Positions 57,622 to 64,000 of a DNA stretch of 64,000 nt are shown piece by piece. The translations under genes and the position numbers were made by a program. The DNA lies in sequence record PV654397.1. The stretch is one strand, 5' to 3'. Under the pieces are notes generated by a model. That model did no database searches. It saw nothing but the letters and a program-made list of their open reading frames with translations, and was not told where the DNA came from. Each line of letters begins with the position of its first letter. Position 1 is the stretch's first letter.

Positions 57622-57921
57622 TCAACGGCAATTAATAACGCCGGTATGCGTTACTTTCTCAGTATCCATTACAGTGACCGAACCGCGTTTAGTACTGGCA
57701 TCATAATAAATTGTTGTGCTACCGTTTTCGTCTTCTTCATGGAACGGGCCGTTTTTAAATGCTTCCGGCTGGATCTCTAAATCCTTTAATACAATCTCGC
57801 CAGTTCTTTCATCGGTCATTGCAACAGTGCACTGAATGAATTTTTCACTACTTACATCTAATGACGCATTAACAGCGAAAGAGGAAACAGATAAAGCCAG
57901 GGCGATGATTGCAATTTTCAT
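57622..57921 (-). CDS. Exported/periplasmic protein
   Basis: Sec signal peptide MKIAIIALALSVSSFAVNA; two Cys. Confidence 0.75.
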   Translation of the reverse strand: MKIAIIALALSVSSFAVNASLDVSSEKFIQCTVAMTDERTGEIVLKDLEIQPEAFKNGPFHEEDENGSTTIYYDASTKRGSVTVMDTEKVTHTGVINCR

Positions 57922-58005
57922 TTGATTATCCTTAGTTACCAGGGGGAACCGCTCCCCCTTGCGATGTAAAATATTATACAGTACTAAAAACTATTATCAA
58001 GTACT

Positions 58006-58242
58006 TTATGATTTTTTATAAAACATTTCAGCCGTGATATTTTTACCCGTTGGTTGTACTTTATCCAGAATTTTTTGATGCCCAGGCCGTCCAAATGAAT
58101 ATGATCCGTAAACCGTAAACCAGTAGTTACCCTCAGTGTTTACATGTACAGCACAATAGGGTACACCCCGCGATTCATCACTAGTAAAGTGTACTACCGT
58201 TCCCGTTACATTCGCAGACGTTGATTTGATTTGTTCAAGCAT
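58006..58242 (-). CDS. Early-region hypothetical protein
   Basis: Cassette-driven ORF. Confidence 0.7.
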   Translation of the reverse strand: MLEQIKSTSANVTGTVVHFTSDESRGVPYCAVHVNTEGNYWFTVYGSYSFGRPGHQKILDKVQPTGKNITAEMFYKKS

Positions 58243-58351
58243 TTTCTTATTCCTTAGTTACCAGGGGAACCGCTCCCCCTATGCAAAACATTATACGCGT
58301 TTAAAAACTAATTGCAAGTATTTTAATAAAAAGTATTTGAAAAAATAGTTG

Positions 58352-58481
58352 TTGACAAGTGCATCCAGTACTGGCATAATTACTACATCAAGACGAAACA
58401 GTCACTAACCCACCGGGTGCCGAGATCCGTCTATTAAATGATTCAGTACTGAAAAAGTAACGGGGAGTTATTATCTCCCCG
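58352..58481 (+). ncRNA. Plus-strand promoter + CTAACCCACCGGGTGC element (copy 6), about 100-nt candidate sRNA
   Basis: TTGACA(58352)-N17-CATAAT; motif 58405-58420; hairpin CGGGGAG/CTCCCCG at 58461-58481; no ORF. Confidence 0.5.
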
Positions 58482-58486
58482 CGTTG

Positions 58487-58708
58487 TTATTTTGTAAGGT
58501 ATAAACAGAAGTCACCTTTATTTGCTACGCCGCCAGTGTAACGCGAGGAATAGTTAGAAACGTCCTGGACTTCTGCTATTACCAGGGTATCATCATTCAA
58601 TTCGTCGCAGAAGCAAACGGCTGGATCTTGTACGCCGATTTTGTCAGCATGTTCCCGCATAGATTTAACCAGTGCTTCCAGTTGGGAAAGAGTAGTGATA
58701 TTAGCCAT
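58487..58708 (-). CDS. Early-region hypothetical protein
   Basis: Start trimmed to MANIT. Confidence 0.7.
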   Translation of the reverse strand: MANITTLSQLEALVKSMREHADKIGVQDPAVCFCDELNDDTLVIAEVQDVSNYSSRYTGGVANKGDFCLYLTK

Positions 58709-58792
58709 TGTATTTTCCTCATTACCAGGGAGAACCATTTCTCCCTTTGATGTAAACCATTATACAGTACTGAAAACTAATTGCAAGTACTT

Positions 58793-58981
58793 TTAATTAA
58801 ATTCCATAAAATCATTTTCAACGTGCACAACAATCTGATTATTTTTAAAGGACGCAGAAAACTCTATACAATCATAAACCGCTTTTTCTGTTACCAGACT
58901 ATGAGCACCAATCGGATTAATTGGGGATTGAATTGTTTCAATCTCGTTACCTTGTTCATTAACGATTAAAATATTAAACAT
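58793..58981 (-). CDS. Early-region hypothetical protein
   Basis: Promoter-driven ORF. Confidence 0.6.
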   Translation of the reverse strand: MFNILIVNEQGNEIETIQSPINPIGAHSLVTEKAVYDCIEFSASFKNNQIVVHVENDFMEFN

Positions 58982-59020
58982 TGCCGTTACTCCTGGATAG
59001 TGTTAACTCGATATAAAGTA

Positions 59021-59203
59021 TTATACGCCTTTATTGCTTAGTGTCCAGTGATCACGCATCATACGCCCCGCACGATCCCAGCTAGTAGGCATGGGTATGC
59101 CTTGCAATTCGTTAGGGGAGATCTCGACCTCGATCCCTACATCAATAACAGTCATTCCAGCTTTCGCAGCTTGCTCGCGGATAACCTCAGATAATGTTGT
59201 CAT
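59021..59203 (-). CDS. Early-region hypothetical protein
   Basis: Promoter-driven ORF; upstream module duplicated at 58990-59020 and 59212-59250. Confidence 0.6.
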   Translation of the reverse strand: MTTLSEVIREQAAKAGMTVIDVGIEVEISPNELQGIPMPTSWDRAGRMMRDHWTLSNKGV

Positions 59204-59277
59204 GATTAAAGCTCCTGGATAGTGTTAACTCGATATAAAGTATTATACAGTACTGAAAACTAATTGCAAGTACTTTT

Positions 59278-59538
59278 TCAATATTGTTTGTCGTCGTCTT
59301 CCTCGATGAATTGACCGACGAAATGATCTACTTTCGCTTTGAGGCTTTTATAATCTTCTTCTACTTCCTTTAAACGTTCCTGGTAGTATTCCAGTGCTTG
59401 AATATACGCCGCCTCAGCAGTTTTTGCACGCATAGCTAAATTCATTCCACGCGTTTCATCAAATAGCCAATAACCATCGGTGCAATGACTGATAGATAAT
59501 GATTTACTTAGTGCTGTATAGCTAATTACTTTACTCAT
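59278..59538 (-). CDS. Early-region hypothetical protein
   Basis: Cassette-driven ORF with C-terminal coiled coil. Confidence 0.7.
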   Translation of the reverse strand: MSKVISYTALSKSLSISHCTDGYWLFDETRGMNLAMRAKTAEAAYIQALEYYQERLKEVEEDYKSLKAKVDHFVGQFIEEDDDKQY

Positions 59539-59595
59539 TAGATAACCCTCAGTAAAGGCGGGAACTATTACCCGCCATTATCTCAGTACTGAATA

Positions 59596-59835
59596 TTACA
59601 TTCCAACCATTGCAGCACGGATCGCAGTAGTGCTATACTTAAAGCCGTCCGGCGTTGTAGTAGTACCGTTGGCTTTTAATCTGCGGTACATACATTCCGC
59701 AGCAATATCTTTAGTTCTACTTTGTGCGATGCAACTTTGAGCAAGCCGATACAATGACTCACCGTTATTAATCCAAAGGCTTACATTCCAATGAGTTTTG
59801 TTTTTGTGACCGTTGTAAGTTTTAGTACTAGCCAT
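59596..59835 (-). CDS. Early-region protein, paralog of 61638-61877
   Basis: GHKNKTHWNVSLWINN...TPDGFKYSTTAIRAAMVGM. Confidence 0.8.
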   Translation of the reverse strand: MASTKTYNGHKNKTHWNVSLWINNGESLYRLAQSCIAQSRTKDIAAECMYRRLKANGTTTTPDGFKYSTTAIRAAMVGM

Positions 59836-59925
59836 TTTTAAATCCTCGTTTGAGCGGGGAACCACTCCCCGCCTCGATATAAAGTATTATACGCTTTTAA
59901 ACTTAGTTTGCAAGTACTTTTTAAA

Positions 59926-60537
59926 TTAATATTCGATTGATTCCACTACGCCATCAATAACATTGAATTGATACTCGTTACCCTCAATCAGTGCCGTAAT
60001 GTTTTCAGTAGTGAATTGATCCTCATATGCATTCTCTAAATCACGGTACAACTTGCGGGACAATTCACGAATAGTTTCAGTGAGTAGTTCCTCAAGCTCA
60101 TTAACTAACGTTTCTTGTTTTGCGGTTAAATCAGTGTAAGCCGATTCAATGTACCCGCTTACCGTGTTTTCGTGTGCGTAGCGAGAGTGTGAACGTTCTA
60201 CACTCATTGCCAAATCATCTTCATTCAACAAGTGACGGATAGAACGATATTTCGTTAACGCTTTAATCTTGCGTAAAAACTTCACTGCGTCCACGCTGTC
60301 AGTACTGATTGATGCACCGTCACCCTGGGACCAAAAACCGCTGAATTGTATTTCAGCTTCATTAATGCCATATTCCGGTAGTACTGTTTCTTTATAGTAT
60401 TCAATTTCACTTTCAGAAAAATAATTGTCGTTTGAGTTTTTTTCACGTTCCCGAACCAGTTCGATAGCTGACGTTTGTTGTTCTGCGTTCAATTCAGAAA
60501 AAGCCATAACATAAGTAGTAGTAGTGATAGTTTTCAT
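59926..60537 (-). CDS. Acidic phage hypothetical protein
   Basis: 203 aa, FSGFWSQGDGAS motif. Confidence 0.8.
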   Translation of the reverse strand: MKTITTTTYVMAFSELNAEQQTSAIELVREREKNSNDNYFSESEIEYYKETVLPEYGINEAEIQFSGFWSQGDGASISTDSVDAVKFLRKIKALTKYRSIRHLLNEDDLAMSVERSHSRYAHENTVSGYIESAYTDLTAKQETLVNELEELLTETIRELSRKLYRDLENAYEDQFTTENITALIEGNEYQFNVIDGVVESIEY

Positions 60538-60605
60538 TTTGTAACCCTCATTCAGTAGTTGATGTAAGTATTATACGCTTTTAAAAACATTTGTCAAACT
60601 ATTTT

Positions 60606-60680
60606 ATCAGGGGAGTTTTTCGTGTGCCTTACTCCTGGGCTACTTAACGGGAAGTTACTTATTTCGTTCCCCGTCCTGAT
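60606..60680 (-). ncRNA. Candidate three-way-junction small RNA (copy 2, 75 nt)
   Basis: Near-identical to 49115-49187 with stems preserved; own promoter. Confidence 0.55.
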
Positions 60681-60761
60681 GTAAAACATTATACGCCTTT
60701 AAACATAGTTTGCAAGTACTTTTTAAAAATAGTTTTCAGTACTGAATATTAAAAAAAAGTA

Positions 60762-60934
60762 TTGACAGCATTATCAAGTACTGGCATAATATACCCCATG
60801 ACAACAGCTAACCCACCGGGTGCACAATTGTAACTATACTAAACTAATTTTGCTATAGATACACTCCCGCACCCTATGGGCTACGGCTTATCTGCCAATG
60901 AATACATTATGCCAGTACTGACAAAATAAGTCAA
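60762..60934. promoter_or_regulatory. Convergent promoter pair, each followed by the CCCANNGGGTGC element (copies 7 and 8)
   Basis: + TTGACA(60762)-N17-CATAAT, motif 60808-60823; - TTGACT(60934)-N17-CATAAT, motif 60869-60884. Confidence 0.65.
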
Positions 60935-60964
60935 TACCGGCAATTGTAAAGATTTGTAAACTGC

Positions 60965-61195
60965 TTATACTGCAATCGCGTCCAGGCTGTAATAATAATA
61001 AGTGCCGTATTGGTGTACTTTATTACCTTTTATTTCAGTACTGAATGAATCCGAACGATTTGCATATGATGTTAATTTAAAGTACTTTGATTTGCTGATA
61101 CGTTGCCATACACCACAGATCCGCTGTAAGTAAGTAGTTTTATTCGTGGTAGTATCTTTTACGGTTTTAACTTCAGTCATATACATATTAGTCAT
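60965..61195 (-). CDS. Early-region hypothetical protein
   Basis: Cassette-driven ORF. Confidence 0.7.
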   Translation of the reverse strand: MTNMYMTEVKTVKDTTTNKTTYLQRICGVWQRISKSKYFKLTSYANRSDSFSTEIKGNKVHQYGTYYYYSLDAIAV

Positions 61196-61282
61196 TTTTA
61201 TTACTCCAGGTTATAGGCGGGAAGTGTTCCCGCTCTCGATGTAAAACATTATACGCCATTAAACATAGTTTGCAAGTACTTT

Positions 61283-61549
61283 TTATTCAAGTACTGCAAT
61301 CTTTTTTGTACGGTACACGGTCACGCGGTTGCCCTTTCGGTCGAGCTTTATTTCTACCACTCGACGCGATACACTATCGGGACTTTTTAAGGCCGCTAAC
61401 CAGTACTGTAATGATCTGGCGGTACTACGCTTTACAATGGCCCAACGTTTACCACGTTCCGATTGTACGCCCATATCTTTAAACGTTGCCCCGTCCTGGC
61501 GTGCGGCGATCCGAGCTTGTTCACGCGTCGCAAAATACTTAATATTCAT
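61283..61549 (-). CDS. Early-region protein, paralog of 47597-48001
   Basis: FATREQARIAARQDGATFKDMG...DRKGNRVTVY. Confidence 0.8.
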   Translation of the reverse strand: MNIKYFATREQARIAARQDGATFKDMGVQSERGKRWAIVKRSTARSLQYWLAALKSPDSVSRRVVEIKLDRKGNRVTVYRTKKIAVLE

Positions 61550-61637
61550 GCTGTTGCCCTTATCGTTGGTGTATGAATAAAACACTATTATAAAGTACTA
61601 TCCCCGTGCAATAGTACTTTAAATAAATTCTATTCTA

Positions 61638-61877
61638 TTACATTCCAACCATCGCCGCACGGATCGCAGTAGTGCTATATTTGAATCCGTCCGGTGTTTT
61701 ATCTTGTCCAGTCTGTTCTAAAAATAACATCATATGACGGGCCGCATCATTGCGATTAGTGTTGTCGTTAATAAAATCCAGGGCCAACCGATACAATCCC
61801 TCATCGTTATTAATCCACAGGCTTACATTCCAATGAGTTTTGTTTTTGTGACCTAAGAACATTTTTGATTTAGCCAT
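61638..61877 (-). CDS. Early-region protein, paralog of 59596-59835
   Basis: GHKNKTHWNVSLWINN...TPDGFKYSTTAIRAAMVGM. Confidence 0.8.
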   Translation of the reverse strand: MAKSKMFLGHKNKTHWNVSLWINNDEGLYRLALDFINDNTNRNDAARHMMLFLEQTGQDKTPDGFKYSTTAIRAAMVGM

Positions 61878-61970
61878 TTTTTTAATCCTCTTATATAGTG
61901 GGGAACTATTCCCCACCTGATGTAAAACATTATACGCTTTTAAACATAGTTTGCAAGTACTTTATTAAAC

Positions 61971-62333
61971 TTATTTGTAAATTTTGCCACTGTCAGCCCA
62001 TACCAGGAAACGAGGCATATTATCCCATGCATCTTGTTTTAAGTTTAAGCCGTGCAATTCCTCAGTTGTTGCCATCCCTGGTACTGGCTTACTACACACC
62101 GCGAAATTTTCGCCCATATACTGATAAACCATCGTCAAATCATTTGAGATCATTATATGGATCATTGAATCCAGCATCAAAGTAGCGGCGTATTGTTCAC
62201 GCTTAAGCGGCAACATTGCAATAAGTTCCCGATAAGCTGCAATGTGAATTTTTACCGTTTCAGCCGGAAGACCTTTCATCTCATCGCGGAAGTTTACCAG
62301 GTTAAGCATGATTTTATTGATTTGAGTCGCCAT
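61971..62333 (-). CDS. Early-region hypothetical protein
   Basis: Start trimmed to MATQI. Confidence 0.75.
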   Translation of the reverse strand: MATQINKIMLNLVNFRDEMKGLPAETVKIHIAAYRELIAMLPLKREQYAATLMLDSMIHIMISNDLTMVYQYMGENFAVCSKPVPGMATTEELHGLNLKQDAWDNMPRFLVWADSGKIYK

Positions 62334-62643
62334 CGTTTTAATCTCTCTTAATGTGTAGCGGGAAGTGTTCCCGCTCTCGATGTAAAACATTATACGCTTT
62401 TATCAGTACGGTGCAAGTACTTTCTACAAATACTTTTAAAATAGTTTTCTTTCTATATAGGAGTACTATTATTCAGTACTGAATCAATCCACCAAATCAT
62501 CCCTATACCCCGTAAAACGGCCTCAGACGCATTCTAACGCATTAATACACCTAAGCTATACATTTGCACCACTCCCAACAATCCAGGGCGTTACGGGCCG
62601 TTTAAACGCGTTAAATTATTTTCAATTATTTTGTTTTTAGGTA

Positions 62644-62945
62644 TTGACTTGATCCTGAAAAAGCGTATAATTACTACATAGACGCGAGAAAGCGGAAACC
62701 CCAGAGGGTGCGGAATTACGCCCAAAATTCAAGATATAAAAAAAGGATACACTCCCGCACCCTAGCAGGTAAACGCACTTTCTCAGTACTGAAATATAGT
62801 ACCATAGTCCGGCCCAGGATAGCAAGCAAATTAATTAAAACTTTTTTGCTTCCAGGGTATTGCTTTATTTTTTCAGTACTGTATAATAGTTCCATCAAGT
62901 CGAGAAAGACTCAAGCCCACCGGGTGCATAGTTACGCCCAAAATT
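62644..62945 (+). promoter_or_regulatory. Two plus-strand promoters each followed by a CCC.NNGGGTGC element and TTACGCCCAAAAT, with an inverted degenerate element between (copies 9-11)
   Basis: TTGACT(62644)-N16-TATAAT, motif 62696-62711; TTGCTT(62860)-N16-TATAAT, motif 62913-62927; inverted copy 62757-62769. Confidence 0.6.
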
Positions 62946-63107
62946 CAGTACTGAAAAAATTTTTAAAAATATCCGTCCAGGTCGTTGACATTGCCCCCAG
63001 TTTATAAGATAATGATTCCAGATTCAGAAAAATCTAACTCCAGATACTGCGGGGAAACTATCCCCACGCGGTAGGGGAACTATTGGAAAAACAAAATAAA
63101 ATTTTGA

Positions 63108-63280
63108 TTTAGCCGTCTATACTTCCAGACGTGTAACCATCTAGCCGTTTAGCCATCCAGCCATCCAGAAATCTAGCCGTTTAGCCGTCTAGATGGATAG
63201 CCATCTTTACTTCCAGACTTCTGGAGGGCTAGACATATCTACGCCCAAAATCCATCCAGGGTAACTACACCCAAAATCCG
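63108..63280. repeat. Short iteron-like repeats in non-coding DNA
   Basis: 7x AGCCRTY within 63110-63206, 2x TACTTCCAGAC, TACRCCCAAAAT at about 63240 and 63266. Confidence 0.7.
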
Positions 63281-64000
63281 TCAGTACTATACCATAGATC
63301 TATCTTTTGAAAGGGAGTATTCAGTACTGCCATCATAGCCCTCACTATGTTACCCTAGGAGGATGAAGACTATCATGTAGTACTGAATACTGTTAGAGGG
63401 AATCCACCAGCTTGTGCTGGTGGCATAATGCTTTAGATTAAAATCAGTACTGATACCATTCTGTTAATATCAGTACTGTTATTACGATTTTCATATGAGG
63501 TTCAAAAAGATGTACCACCACAGGAGGAACTATCTTTTCTGTACTGTCTCACGACAGGAGGTAGAGTAAATGAATTGTTCGCAGCAACTCATCACCCTAT
63601 GTAGAACATTATACAGTACTGAATCATAAAGTCAATAACTTTCTTTCATCTTTCAGTACTGATATTCTTGAGAACTACCCGACTACAAACATCATTATAT
63701 CCCACAAATCATAAACGTCCCAACGTAAATTTCAACTTTCGAAGATCCAACTTTTATTTCATAGGTACTCCAAAATTTTTAGGATCGAGATTTAGGATGG
63801 AGTACTAACCAACTTTTTGCTGGAGCCTCAAGGGGTAATTGAATTTTACCCCGAAGGGTAAAGGGGTAATTGAAATTAAGGTGAAAGTAATAATTCAGTA
63901 CTAATCATTGCGTGATTACTTTTGATTACATTTGATGTAATTTGCAAAATGGAAAAGGAGCTTGGAAACTACAAAGTACGGCAGACTTCCTCTGCCTACT

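Larger units (their letters stand above)
43170..62420 (-). promoter_or_regulatory. Dispersed repeat: more than 25 sigma70 promoter + 5' hairpin + RBS cassettes, about one per gene
   Basis: TTGACA/TTGCAW-N16/17-TATAAT, then GGGG(A)GAA-N3-6-TTC(T)CCCC hairpin, then AGGA(G) RBS; e.g. 48435-48495, 50007-50066, 50375-50434. Confidence 0.9.
1..64000 (-). other. Segment of a jumbo-type lytic phage genome (accessory paralog arrays plus early/terminal region)
   Basis: About 200 small, tightly packed co-oriented ORFs, phage-type Dam MTase, no housekeeping genes, repeated sigma70 early promoters, low GC. Confidence 0.9.

Noticed and set aside
59926-60537. Antirestriction/DNA-mimic call for the acidic FSGFWSQGDG protein
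   Set aside because: Acidity alone is insufficient and I cannot confirm a family assignment without a search
42769-62390. Shared N-termini such as MFYIE.G, MYNVLHREGEMVLP, MGNSSP, MVLPGN and MTVL.CFST in early ORFs, suggesting a leader-peptide family
   Set aside because: They are translations of the repeated promoter/hairpin DNA; the true starts lie downstream of the cassette RBS
43170-62420. Repeat-unique-repeat pattern suggesting a CRISPR array
   Set aside because: The repeats are promoter/hairpin/RBS modules separated by 150-700 bp ORFs of variable length, and no cas genes are present
3688-63007. All plus-strand ORFs in the track and short nested minus-strand ORFs
   Set aside because: They are shadows of, or out of frame within, better-supported minus-strand genes, with no RBS or recognisable motifs
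1-64000. Prophage or mobile element (integrase, transposase, intron, homing endonuclease)
   Set aside because: No such motifs, att-like flanks or host genes were seen

Overview
This is a 64-kb segment of a large AT-rich lytic (jumbo-type) bacteriophage genome. The host is probably Enterobacterales, judged from sigma70 consensus promoters, GCTGGTGG Chi sites, and YbiI/TraR-like and H-NS-like genes. Essentially all genes are on the minus strand. No structural, replication, rRNA, tRNA, integrase or CRISPR genes were seen. There are three zones. (1) 1-7 kb: a few recognisable enzymes (HxGH nucleotidyltransferase, Dam-family methyltransferase, MORN-type protein) and a structured-looking 0.55-kb non-coding gap. 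(2) 7.2-42.2 kb: a translationally coupled gene accordion of two paralog families. About 50 proteins of 100-210 aa have unrelated N-termini but share an [ED]-[ED]-x-x-F-Q-x-S-[LT]-[VIL] motif, and 33 helical proteins of 65-95 aa share an LGT-[ND]-Y-Q-E motif. (3) 42.3-64 kb: a higher-GC early/host-takeover-like region, possibly a long terminal repeat. Here nearly every small gene has its own sigma70 promoter + 5' hairpin + RBS cassette. It encodes a protein kinase, a GNAT, a TraR/YbiI zinc finger and a degenerate H-NS homologue, and carries 11 Chi sites plus two families of ORF-less promoter-driven elements (candidate small RNAs). The palindrome AGTACT is about 15-fold over-represented and is built into the promoters. 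A 50-N assembly gap lies at 26392-26441. All counts were made by eye and all homology calls are from motif recognition, not database searches.
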